Origin: Octopus vulgaris
Taxonomy: Eukaryota
Assembly: GCA_951406725.2 (NCBI GenBank)
Contig: OX597835.1
Location: forward strand, 17,856,001-17,920,000
Length of the DNA stretch: 64,000 nt
Direction: 5' to 3'
The translations under genes were made by a program, and so were the position numbers. Positions 48,980 to 61,391 of the stretch are shown here, piece by piece (the stretch's first letter is position 1; each line of letters begins with the position of its first letter). The notes under the pieces are model-generated. The model was not told where the DNA came from and did no database searches. It was given only the letters and a program-made list of their open reading frames with translations.

Positions 48980-49830
48980 AGGCGGCGAGCTGGCAGAAAC
49001 GTTAGCACGCCGGGCGAAATGCGTGGCCGTATTTCGTCTGCCGTTACGTTCTGAGTTCAAATTCCGCCGAGGTCGACTTTGCCTTTCATCCTTTCGGGGT
49101 CTATAAATTAAGTACCAGTTGCGCACTGGGGTCGATGTAATCGACTTAATCCGTTTGTCTGTCCTTGTTTGTCCTCTCTGTGTTTAGCCCCTTGTGGGTA
49201 GTAAAGAAATAGGTATTTCGTCTGCCGTAGGCGGCGAGCTGGCAGAAACGTTAGCACGCCGGGCGAAATGCGTGGCCGTATTTCGTCCGCCGTTACGTTC
49301 TGAGTTCAAATTCCGCCGAGGTCGACTTTGCCTTTCATCCTTTCGGGGACGATAAATTAAGTACCAGCTGCGCACTGGGGTCGATGTAATCGACTTAATC
49401 CGTTTGTCTGTCCTTGTTTGTCCTCTCTTTGTTTAGCGCCTTGTGGGTAGTAAAGGAATAGGTATTTCGTCTGCCGTTACGTTCTGAGTTCAAATTTCCG
49501 CCGAGGTCGACTTTGCCTTTCATCCTTTCGGGGTCTATAAATTAAGTACCAGTTGCGCACTGGGGTCGATGTAATCGACTTAATCCGTTTGTCTGTCCTT
49601 GTTTGTCCTCTCTGTGTTTAGCGCCTTGTTGGTAGTAAAGGAATAGGTATTTCGTCTGCCGCTACGTTCTGAGTTCAAATTCCGCCGAGGTCGACTTTGC
49701 CTTTCATCCTTTCGGGATCGATAAATTAAGTACCAGTTGCGCACTGGGGTCGATGTAATCGACTTAATCCGTTTGTCTGTCCTTGTTTGTCCCCTCTCTG
49801 TGTTTAGCCCCTTGTGGGTAATAAAGAAAT
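48980..49830 (+). mobile_element. Concatemeric family M SINE insertion (two heads, four bodies of 184-185 bp)
   Basis: Bodies start near 49029, 49278, 49462 and 49647. 17-bp duplication ACATATAACAGATCCGC at 48932-48948 and 49831-49847. Confidence 0.9.
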
Positions 49831-50439
49831 ACATATAACAGATCCGCTTCAGACTCGGAGTACCTCTTCAGGAATTCTTTGTCAACTCCGAATATATGTA
49901 ATTAATTTTATTGCTGTTTTCTGTAACCGGAAGAACAGTATTATATAGAACATCACAACACGGAATATTCTTGGAGATAAACGATTTCTGCTTTTGACTT
50001 TTGTAATAGATTTTCTTCTCACTGATAGGTGCCCAGTATTCTCGTTTTTCTTTTAATGGTATTGGCATTCGCAGATGGAAACTTGACAAGACTTATTGGA
50101 GTCTTGTAGCCATAACAGAGAAATTCCCGGTAGTTTATCCAATAGATCGTTAACTGCATCTCTGGCGATAAGGAGCTCTCCGGGAGGACATGAAGACATT
50201 CTTCTTACTTCAGCTATCTCATCAGTCACTTATAAATTATTTGCCAGTGATCTTGGAGAAACCCTATTAGTCAAAGTTTATACAGGTTCTACAAAATATG
50301 TAAACCCATGGCAGGGGCTTGTTGTTCTTTCTGCATTTGTCTATATTCTCCGGAACGAGTGCCATATACACAAACACCATTTTGAAAAACACGATCTGCC
50401 ACCAGTCTTACACGTCATGCTCTGCATACATTATGGATA

Positions 50440-51213
50440 CTGTGGAGGCGCAATGGCCCAGTGGTTAGGGCAGCGGACTCGCGGTCGTATGATCGTGGTT
50501 TCGATTCCCAGACCGGGCGTTGTGAGTGTTTATTGAGCGAAAACACCTAAAAGCATTGCTTGACAACCGATGCTGGTGTGTTTACATCCCCGTTACCTAG
50601 CGGGAGACCGATAGAATAAGTACTGTGCTTACAAAAGAATTACTCCCGGGGTCGAGTTGCTCGATTAACGGCGGTGCTCCAGCATGGCCGCAGTCAATTG
50701 ACTGAAACAACTAAAAGAGTAAAAGAGAGAGTGAAAAATATTTTCTGTTGCGTATATTTTTTTAAACTACTGTTATTATTCTGATGATGAGCCTCTTGTT
50801 ATTGATATCGTTTTGTTTAATCCCAGTGGAGGCGCAATGGCCCAGTGGTTAGGGCAGCGGACTCGCGGTCGTATGATCGTGGTTTCGATTCCCAAACCGG
50901 GCGTTGTGAGTGTTTATTGAGCGAAAACACCTAAAAGCTCCACGAGGCTTTGGCAGGGGATGGTGGTGATCCCTGCTGTACTCTTTCACCACAACTTTAT
51001 CTCACTCTTACTTCCTGTTTCTGTTGCACCTGTATTTCAAAGGGCCGGCTTTGTCACTCTCTGTGTCACGCTGAATATCCGCGAGAACTACGTTAAGGGT
51101 ACACGTGTCTGTGGAGTGCTCAGCCACTTACACGTTAATTTCACGAGCAGGCTGTTCCGTTGATTCGGATCAACCGGAACCCTCGTCGTCGTAGCCGACG
51201 GAGTGCTTCCATC
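50440..51213 (+). mobile_element. Composite SINE: R1 head, K tail, spacer and full R1, all within one 12-bp TSD
   Basis: R1 head 50441-50553, K 3' part 50554-50732, full R1 50826-51213. ACATTATGGATA at 50428-50439 and 51214-51225. Confidence 0.88.
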
Positions 51214-52455
51214 ACATTATGGATATATGTATGAAAATATGTGTGCATGTATGCATGTATTCATAAATGAATATTCACGTATGTATATATGCTTGTAAAT
51301 ATGTCCTGAATATGACTTTGAAAGGGGCCGTATGGTGGAGCCCTGGTACGGAAGATCCGGATATCTAAAGTGAATGGAACACACTTAGCCACTATTGTTC
51401 TCAGTTCTACACTCACCCAAAGAATTACGAACTGTTAGAATCGCGGTTATGGTTTAATTAGCAAATGAAACATTGGGATGAACGAATCCTACTTCTCATT
51501 CGAAATTCCTTCTAGGAGAGGATAAATTCGTATGAAAAAACCCCGAGGAACTGTTGGGTTCTAGTTATCTCACTCCCGTTGTACCGCTGGTTCTATAGCA
51601 TATTCTAATGGGTCACTTTAGTGACTCAAAACAAAATCAAGAACAAGAACTTATTTTTTTCCATATTCTCTGCCATGAAAACAAAATGTCCACATAAAAT
51701 AAACAAAAAAACAAAAATTCTAAACACAAGAAAAATAAAGAAAACTGTTCAATAAAGGCGGAAGAAATGAAAATAATAGTTCACACCACAAATAGTTCAT
51801 AAAAGAAAGATAACGGAAAAACAACAGTTCACAAAGAGTAAATAAAAATATATAGTTCCAGGCGGAAAAAAAAAAATTCAGGCCACAATGGTACTCTGGC
51901 CCTATTCGATCCCGGCTCCTTCACAGCTCTCAATTTGATGGTAAAATCCAGTTCTTTGCTTGTAACTAAGCAAAACATTTTTTAATCTCTTTCCTCAAAT
52001 TCATAATTTTCGGAACCTCTAAGTTGGTTTGAAAACAACAAAAATTCTTCTTTAAATTTTCTCCACTGTAGAGAAACAACAATTTACTTCAAAAAGTTCC
52101 GGCTTGCTTCTCCGGCTGTTCAAACAAGCCCACCGGCAACAAGCCACACACAGTTTGCTTGCAAAACAAGCAACATATTCACCGCCAAGGGTAAGCGAAA
52201 ATGCCCCAGAGAATATGCTGTAATAAAAATAAGAAAATAATTCTACCCAGCTCAGAAAAAAACAAAATCGCTTACCTTGATGGCGACCATTTTCTCTAAG
52301 ACGGAGCAACACGTCTTCCCTTGTTCACTGCAGCAAGTAAGTAACTGGCAAACACGCAGACAAATACTGTGAAGGAGAGATAAAGAGAAAGAAGGGAGAG
52401 AGAGGTACTAGGTACACCTCCCACGCACACATACACATACACACACACACACACA

Positions 52456-52489
<34 letters not shown>

Positions 52490-52499
<10 letters not shown>

Positions 52500-52915
52500 T
52501 AAATTAGAGACAAAACCACTATTAGGCAAATCAAACAATGAAAGACTTAAGCCAATACATAAATTAAAATTATATTATTTCTTTCTAGAGGGTATTGGAA
52601 TATCCTTCAATGATGAATTCCAAAATAGCGGTTCTATCTTACCTGTAAATTCCATAAGTTACGAAGTTGAGGTATTACACTCAATATACGTAATTTATCA
52701 ATATATTAATTAATAATAATAAATATTAGGGAATAAATCCAAACTTACAGGGAAAAATCAGATTTAGGATTGAATCCAATTTTATAGTAAAATATTATAT
52801 TATATTAAATTAGAGACAAAACCACTATTAGGCAAATCAAACAATGAAAGACTTAAGCCAATACATAAATTAATTTATATTATTTCTTTCTAGAAGGTAT
52901 TGGAATATCCTTCAA
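52490..52915. repeat. About 120-bp direct repeat (about 52490-52609 and 52795-52915), with a third partial copy at about 59447-59570
   Basis: ATTAGAGACAAAACCACTATT..GCAAATCAAACAA.GAAAGACTTAA occurs in all three. About 59532-59569 is inverted relative to about 52715-52752. Confidence 0.85.
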
Positions 52916-54174
52916 ATATATATTTAATTTTTCCGCTCTAAACGTCTTCAATGTTTCCGTAGATTTACTCCTGTCCCTTTATTTCTCTTAAATGTCAAGT
53001 ATTTTGTTATTACTTCCAAATAGGAGCCGATATATTGGTTGTTACCCTTAGATACTTTAATATCGTTATGAGCATTACTGTCACTTGGAAGCTTCCTCAG
53101 ATCACGGCTTTAGCACGAGTGTCTTCCGAAACGCCTACACTGATTTGTCTGAAAACCCATTGCGATAGAGACACAAAAATACCTTAGTAATGATCGACCG
53201 TTTGAATAACTAATCGAATATTTTCCACATTCCAAGTTGCTATATCTTAGATATGCAAAATGATTCCGTGGTGGCGTTGCCATGCTTGACATACTTCGTA
53301 GTGATTTCAGGGAAACCTTAATAAACAAACTGTATGCAGATTATACATAAATTATAAGACATTAGTGTGGGTTTAAAAGGTTTCCTCTGTCTGTTTCTCT
53401 GTGTCCTTCGGCATGTTCATAGTAAAATAAATACTTGAATTGATGTATACATATGTCGTGTTCTTGCTCTAGTTTTAGGAAGAGTCGTTGTATATCACTG
53501 CTGAGTTAAAAAATTTATTGGTTAACACTTGTTTTGTTTTAACATCATTATCACTGATATTTTCTTCTGTTAAGTCGAGTAGTAGTCCAAATACTGGAAT
53601 CCATATTTATGCATTAAACATATTCTGAGTCAATAAGTTAGTGAATGAAGAGGGATCTGACGACCATCGTTATTAAATTTAAGATGTTATAAAGCCTGGT
53701 TACGCACACCTTGATAAAAAAAAACCCATCATATCCTATCCATGTTTAAGAATCTGCAGCATTTCTCATCAAATATCATAGAAAATGACAGCCCATTTAT
53801 TGAGACGTTACAAGCTTAGCTTATATTTCCCCCTTGCATTTATGTCTATACATCTATCATAACCATCTTGCATTCCTGTATCGTTCCGCAGTGTCAAGAC
53901 TCTATTTCTTGCCATTCATATTTGTTGCTTTCCTTTTCAGGTTCTGCAAGGAAATGTCATATGCAAAGCTATTATTTCTGTTTTCCTGTGAGCCAATGAC
54001 GTATTCTTTCAGTTTTGTACAATAAAAAGATCAACGGAGTTACTGAAAACAACGAATACCGTTAACAAATATTGCTTTCTCGAATACAGTCCTAGCCATA
54101 CATTATCCTCTCGGTAATAATATATTTTACTTCCCATAGATAACTTCAGTATGATTTCTCAGGCAGGGCCACAT

Positions 54175-54475
54175 AGCTCCTTCCTTCTCGAGCCACACCT
54201 GGCTCATAGGGCCGGTTTCCCGGTTTCCTTGGCGTATAGGTTCCCCACCTGGACGGGACGCCGGTCCGTCGCAGGTGAGCTGCAAGATGCAGGAGGAAAG
54301 AGTGAGAGAAAGTTGTGCCGAAAGGGTCAGCAGAGGTTCGCCATTACCTTCTGCCGGAGCCGCGTGGAGCTTAGGTGTTTCGCTCATAAACACACACATC
54401 GCCCGCTCTAAGATTCGAACCCACGATCCCTCGACCGCGAGTTCGCTGCCTTGACCCCTTGGCCTTGTGCCTCCA
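54175..54475 (-). mobile_element. SINE family R2: R-type tRNA head with a different, V-domain-like 3' part, 11-bp TSD
   Basis: Head is homologous to R1. 3' part is CCTGCGACGGACCGGCGTCCCGTCCAGGTGG...GAAACCGG. TSD CAGGGCCACAT at 54164-54174 and 54476-54486. Confidence 0.88.
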
Positions 54476-54704
54476 CAGGGCCACATCGTCTATGGCCCTG
54501 ACTCTGGTCCATGAATCTTTGATAAGCTAACGAGACTAGGTCAATGCTTGTAATTCAGACACCCGTGTTTTTTTTTGTGTGTGACGGCGCATATCCCTAT
54601 TTTGACTATGAAATCCTGTTCAGCCCATGATCAAACTCTCTGATTCCTGAATACGTTACTAAGTGCACACATTCTGGTTGTATACATTTTATATATTAAA
54701 TACT

Positions 54705-54910
54705 AGCTCAAAGTTCTAAAAAGTTCCTGGATTTTGGTGAAAGACAATTAAAGGAAGATCACTTAATTATAATTTTATTCAGCATATCCCCCTCTCTGAT
54801 TCACAGACTTTATTCAAACGGTCCTTCCGTTTTCCTAAGCCCTGTAAAAGAAGTCGGAAGTGTTGCCCCTCGCACAAGCCTATCGCAAAACCCTTAAAGT
54901 CAGGCAAATT
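54705..54910 (-). mobile_element. Possible mariner-type transposon 3' remnant
   Basis: Minus strand ends in degenerate ...IRGGYAE-stop followed by a TIR-like AAAAAGTTCCTGGA. Short and heavily decayed. Confidence 0.45.
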
Positions 54911-54980
54911 TCAGCATCCCCTCCTATAGACGTAATATATTATATTCCGGCTGTATACATTTTCTACACAGTATTCTACC

Positions 54981-55386
54981 CAGGAGTGGCTGTGTGGTAA
55001 GTAGCTTGCTAACCAACCACATGGTTCTGGGTTCAGTTCCACTGCGTGGCATCTTGGGCAAGTGTCTTCTGCTATAGCCCCGGGCCGACTAATGCCTTGT
55101 AAGTGGATTTGGTAGACGGAAACTGGAGGAAGCCTGTCGTATATATGTATATATATATATGCATGTGTGTGTGTTTGTGTGTCTGTGTTTGTCCCCCTAG
55201 CATTGCTTGACAACCGATGCTGGTGTGTTTATGTCCCCGTTACTTAGCGGTTCGGCAAAAGAGACCGATAGAATAAGTACTGGGCTTACAAAAAAATAAG
55301 TCCCGGGTTCGAGTTGCTCGATTAAAGGCGGTGCTCCAGCATGGCCGCAGTCAAATGACTGAAACAAGTAAAAGAGTAAAAGAGAG
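54981..55386 (+). mobile_element. Near full-length SINE family K
   Basis: CAGGAGTGGCTGTGTGGTAAG...GGGTTCAGTTCC...CAGTCAAATGACTGAAACAAGTAAAAGAG. Confidence 0.93.
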
Positions 55387-56559
55387 TATATACATTCTTA
55401 TACCTTGAAGTTTGTCATTCAAGTAGCTGACAGCATTTTGTCAGGTGTCTGGCGTTGTTTTCTGTCATTGCTGCTGTCAGCGTCAAATAGTAAGCTATAT
55501 TTATACTGCAAAGAGATCTCGTAGGCAAATTTCAAAAAGACAGACCGATAGATAATCAGATAGACGTACCAGTATCTGGCCATCAAATCTCTTGGTGATT
55601 TCCTAATCTGAAGATTTTCAATCACAGTTAAAGGCATCACTTTTGATATTTCATATGTCTGTTGTAATTTATAGATTTCCGGATATTTTGTCGCCATATT
55701 TCATCGTTCTCAGCCGATTTTGTCTCATTTTACTTTCCAGAATACATCCGTAAGTTCTTGAGAAGATTTCCATCACTGACGCGCGCACAAACACACACAC
55801 ACACACACACACAAACACACACACTCACACACACACACACGGACAGACAAATACACTCACACTCACACACGTACACACATGTACACACATACTAACAAAC
55901 AACACAAGTACATACAGACATTCTAACCACGCGCATTTGTGACATACATGCACACTTGACAGACACATATGTACATGTGTACATATGAATGTATATATCT
56001 ATGTTTGTATGTATGTATATATGTATGCATGCATGTATGCACGTGTGTCTGTACGTTGGCATGCAAGTTCGGCATGCATATATGTGTATATGTATGTATA
56101 TTTGTATTTGTATGTCAGTATGTATGTATGTGTGAATGTGTATGTATGTATGTACATATGTGTGTATATATATATATTTTTTTTTTCTTCTATGTTTCTG
56201 AAGAAGAGCTCCGCTCGAAACGTTGGATCATCCTTCTTTCTTTCCTTTCCTGAGCGTCCAATAAATCTATACTTATTCCACGTCCTCTCGTTGTTGTGTT
56301 TTCTTTTTGTTCATGTTTGAATTAACTATATATATATATATACATAGGCGTGTGTATGTGCGTGTCTTTTTGTCTGCGTTTGCCCCGCAACCCGGTATTG
56401 GTTTATCCCCGTAACCTAACGGTTAGGCAAATCAGGGTGCTAGAATAAGTACTAGGTGCCAGGCTCAATTTTTGAAATCCTTTTCTCGCAGGAAACCATC
56501 AAGGTACTTGAAAAAGTGGTAGTCGATAGGAGAAAGGTCAGAGGGAAAAAGCTGGGTGG

Positions 56560-57189
56560 GAAAGGACTTCGTTGTTGCATGATGAGCTTGCAGAGGGGAA
56601 ACGCTATTGGCGTAAACCTAAAAAATGTTTAAGGACGGCATAAATACTAATATGAAGCAACTTGGAATGGTTCCAGAAGATATAGAAACCTTTGCTTTGG
56701 ATCGGGTTTGATGGCAAAGAAAGGTGTGGAGTGGAGTGAAAGCATTTGAAGAGACCAGGATAACACAGTTAAGACTCAAAGGAGATCTAAGGAAGAATGG
56801 TACGATCGAGAAGGTGAATGACAACGACCTTTTTGCGTGCACAGGCTGTGACAGACCATGCCTGTCTTTTGCTGGCCTTAAATCTCATCTGCGAACGCAT
56901 GGGAAACGAACCTCCACCAAGTATTCTGTCTATATGTATGTGTACACCTTTGTATGCAGTGTATGCCATAAGGTTTGCAAATCCAACGGCGGCCTCAAAA
57001 GACATTTAAGAATCCAGAAAGAGCAGAACTTATCTGTTGGTATTGGTGGTCCAAATCAGAGGTGCAATCTATGTGCGTGTCATTTGTGAACACAATTGTC
57101 TGGTTCAAAATTGCCATATCAGATGCCATGATGGTGCTAAAGTGTAGGTACAGGAAGCGGTCAAACTTTGCATAAGGTGTAGACAGCCA

Positions 57190-57192
<3 letters not shown>
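56560..57192 (+). mobile_element. 3' end of an RTE-like LINE with C2H2 zinc fingers (pseudogene)
   Basis: RKPKKMFKD...ALDR..W...GVKAFEETR, then CTGCDRPCLSFAGLKSHLRTH, CSVCHKVCKSNGGLKRHLRI and CNLC. Has an in-frame stop. Ends in (TA)n. Confidence 0.8.
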
Positions 57193-57232
<40 letters not shown>

Positions 57233-57359
57233 CATACATTCATACATACACATATGCATACATACATATATGTGTCTGTATGTGTATGTATGTGTGTAAG
57301 TATGCATGCGCGTATTTATGTGTGATATGTGTGTGCGTGCTTTATTATTTGAATGAAAC

Positions 57360-58150
57360 ACTCAATGCTTTCTAGCAAGGACATATAATCCCATCGCCAG
57401 AATTCTAATAACAAACAAAAACACGAAGTAACAGGTTGAAATTCAGAAAAGCATTGCATCATATCTTCACGTTCCACTGGCGTTTTGTATTTGTAAACTC
57501 TATGGCATCCAGTCTCGTTCCTTTGTCCGGAAAAAAACCCCCAAATATCTTCGAGATTGCAGCGGATACATTTGCTAATATCAAGAAGCGTATCAATGAT
57601 TATAGGTACAAATGTAAATTTATAATCCGTATATTGAAGCTGCCGATTTCGAAGTAGTTGTCCGTAAATATTCTCTATCTCACTGGTTTGGAAAGAATTG
57701 GTCACACTGGCATGGAAGCTGATCTCTACAACTTGACATTATTTTTCATTTCTGTTCCCAACAAATTTATCAAGCCAGTTATGTTTGAAGTTTGCTGCAG
57801 TTTTGATGCGAAAGCTGCAGCAACATGCCTTCTGTAGAAACGTATGCTTGAATGTATTGAACAACAGAAATGTTTTCTATATTTTACGTAGGATAATCTC
57901 CCTACATATGATATTCTATATTGTTTTCGCAGCAACATTAAACTGCATACTAAGGTATTATCATAACGACACTTTTGGTTAACTACTGATCGCGTGTGCA
58001 ATATCTTCCACGGAGAAGTGACATAATCGACATTTTCGTTTGCATCTTGGGAGATTAGGCTCTTCACATTCTCTCTTTATTTTGCCAAGTATTTTGTAGC
58101 AAATTACCTGTTTCTCGAACACGAAAGAATAACCTTCAAAATAATGCGGT
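57360..58150 (-). mobile_element. Decayed C-terminal region of an RLE-type (R4/Dong-like) LINE
   Basis: ENVDYVTS resembles a degenerate zinc knuckle. IENIYGQLLRN...FTFVPIIIDTL resembles the end of a restriction-like endonuclease. Confidence 0.6.
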
Positions 58151-58557
58151 ATAAACCGATCATGAAACTAAGAGAGGCTATACTTCCTCTCACTAATAGC
58201 ATCATTCCTTAACAGGGTTATGTTCGTACTACTGGTTTATTACCCAAGGGGCGGGTGTTGCGGTTCGCCAGAAGGCTCGTTCGCTTCCTCTTGTCAATTT
58301 AGAGTCGAATTTGACCCGCAACCTGCTACCTGCCTGGTATGGCTTTTCGATCATCGTCCTTTAAAACTTAAGAAGCTTCCAATGATTTCTCTTTTAATCT
58401 TTTATGGCCACAAGTATTGCGATTATTTGCAGCGTGTGAATTAAAGAGTTGTCCCTCCTCCAAAAGAACGCTTAGTCCAAACTTATATAGGCAGAGTGGA
58501 TGCTTTCAAACGTAAAAGTAATAAAAATGACAATTTATCGTAAGTAATACTTTTGCC

Positions 58558-58592
<35 letters not shown>

Positions 58593-58593
<1 letters not shown>

Positions 58594-58983
58594 TAGCAGT
58601 ATCGCCCGGCGTTGCTCGGGTTTGTAAGGGAAATAACTATAAAGCATTTTTAGAGAGTTATAGCCAAAAAATAGCAAAAAATGCATTAAAATTGGAAAAA
58701 AAATTATGGTAAATTTTTTTTTAAATCGTTGACTCATCGTAGAAATTTTTAGAGAGTTACTTCCCTTATTTTTAAAAAAATGTGCATTAAAATGGAAAAA
58801 AATTATGTTAAATTATTTTTTAAATCGTAGACTCATCGTAGACGCGCGCTAATACCCAGAAGGGCTCGATATGAATCACGACTATAAGATACCCGGTTTT
58901 GGTTAAACTGCACCGCAAAATGTGGGAGTAGTTAGGAATCTAAATCGGAGTAGACAGACACGCAACCTTACTTTTATATATAA

Positions 58984-58986
<3 letters not shown>
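58593..58986 (-). mobile_element. Complete non-autonomous Helitron, family A, inserted in (TA)n
   Basis: 5' TC at 58986, hairpin plus CTAG at 58593, A|T target, no TSD. Confidence 0.93.
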
Positions 58987-59024
<38 letters not shown>

Positions 59025-59243
59025 TATATACATATCTGTAAAATAATATGTGACAATTATTCGGTAGCCAAGGTAAAATACTGAGTTTCGGATGCCGAGG
59101 TGGAAATCCACACCACCATCTCTTCGGTTATCTGGCCATCTGACAAAACGCTACCGAATAATTGCCATATTTTACAGATAAATTTCCTCTATTTGCAAAA
59201 TATTGAGGTTTCTTTCTTTCTTTTGTAATCTTACCGATTTTAC

Positions 59244-59311
<68 letters not shown>

Positions 59312-59332
59312 GTATATATATATGTATGTATG

Positions 59333-59380
<48 letters not shown>

Positions 59381-60130
59381 TATATATACATGTGTGTGTG
59401 TGTGTATGTATATAAATATATATATATATATGTATATACATAATATTAATTAGAGACAAAACCACTATTTAGCAAATCAAACAAAGAAAGACTTAATCCA
59501 ATACATAAAAAAATTTAATATAAATTAATTTCCCTGTAAATTTGGATTTATTCCCTAATATTTATTATTATATATATATATATATATATAAATACACATA
59601 CACACACATATAAATGTATATGTGAGTGAGTGTGTGTGCGTGTGTATGTGAATGTATATGTGAGTGTCAAAACTATGTTCTTATGCACCTGAGATGGGTA
59701 GAAATCAGGACTAGTCTCCTGTAAAGCCGTTTCAGCAGTTATTCTTTGCTCCTCAGAAGGACGTCCAATGACTTCTCCCATAGCCTTTGATGTAGAACAT
59801 ACATCTTCTATACAAAACATTAATGAATGATGCTGCAACTTTCTCGGTTAATTTTGCTCGCACGTTTCTGCTTCGCATGTGTTGTCATAAATTATATTAT
59901 ATCGATTTTTATCTACAACGATTCATAAATGAGAATATAAGAAACATATATATTTAAATCTTGCAGAGATTCGCTGTAGCTGAAATACGGACGTTATCAC
60001 ATCCCTTCTGTATTATTGATGTTCAAGAATAAAAGGGGAAACATCTGACAGACCAATACGTGTAGTGAGATAAAGATCTATGTATATATGTATGTATCTC
60101 TCTATCTATATCTATATATCTACCTATTTA

Positions 60131-60220
<90 letters not shown>

Positions 60221-60453
60221 CATATACATATATATACATACAAATATATATTAATATACATACCTGCGTACATACCAAGACATGAGAAGATATATATATC
60301 CATGCAACTGTAAATATGTATACATGCATATATGTGGGCGTTTGTGTTTCTGTGTGTATGTATTTATATATCTACGTTTGTATTTGTATATACGTGCTCA
60401 TGTATGTACGTACGTATATGTCTATATATATATATATATATGTACATATATAT

Positions 60454-60487
<34 letters not shown>

Positions 60488-60555
60488 TGTGTGTGTGTGT
60501 GCGTGTATATATAAATATATATATATATATGTATATCTTTGTATATAAGTATATC

Positions 60556-60602
<47 letters not shown>

Positions 60603-61035
60603 GTCATATACTTAGAGATTGTGAGAAAAATTGCGATATGGGTGGGCGCATGTACATGCATTCGTGCATGCAAATATGAGCTGCTCTATTTTTGCCTTGG
60701 ATACATCGGTTGTATATATGATGTGCAGTCACGCACGGATACGAGAGTATATGAAGTCTGCTGGAATGGTGATGCAATTACGTTGTAGCTATGAACTTTC
60801 GCTTTCGTGCCTAGGCGACTAGAAGCATCTACACATAGAATCAGAAAGCTTCTGAAGACGTACGTAAATAAATGTATAGACACAGAATTAAATCTGCTTA
60901 CGCAAGTACCGATGGTATGATTTAGATGAGATGCAAGTACATATTTACTTACAACGATATCCCTCCATATACATATATATATATATTATCGATGGCCAGC
61001 ATATTAAAAAATAACTTTAAAGGTTAAATTTATAA

Positions 61036-61355
61036 ACAACTTATAAATAAGAGCAAACGAAAAAAAATTCTAATGCCAAATATGCCGAAATTAGACACCT
61101 TGTCCATAACTATATAATTTTTCCCAATACGCACGCTACTCAAAAAAGGTCGACAGAAATTTCTAAAAAAATTCCATTATTACCATATCAGACCGATTTC
61201 AGGGTTAGTTCATAAGAACCATCCCTTCGTCAGTGATAAATGTGGCAAAGAAATAAATGAGATACTTACTCATACCCATGGAAGAAGCAACCACTAAGTC
61301 ATTTCGGCATATTTGGCGTTAGAAATCTTTTTCGTATGCCCTTATTTATAAGTTG

Positions 61356-61356
<1 letters not shown>
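61036..61356. mobile_element. Element with about 56-bp inverted ends enclosing a hammerhead (Penelope-like remnant)
   Basis: 61036-61091 matches the reverse complement of 61301-61356. Confidence 0.75.
61186..61238 (-). ncRNA. Minimal type I hammerhead ribozyme motif
   Basis: UAUCA-CUGACGA-AGGGaUGGUUCuuauGAACUAaCCCU-GAAA-UCGG-UC-UGAUA. Confidence 0.83.
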
Positions 61357-61387
<31 letters not shown>

Positions 61388-61391
61388 GTAT

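Noticed and set aside
48380-50420. Coding-looking sequence on both sides of the SINE concatemer
   Set aside because: Only short broken ORFs with no motif I can name. It may be an old retroelement, but that needs a translated search.
50441-50515. tRNA-like sequences at SINE heads (also near 30915-30987, 43515-43591 and 50826-50900)
   Set aside because: They continue into SINE bodies with TSDs, so they are SINE heads and not tRNA genes.
52920-53600. Possible Penelope GIY-YIG C-terminal remnant (minus-strand ...FKPTL)
   Set aside because: Too decayed to support by eye.
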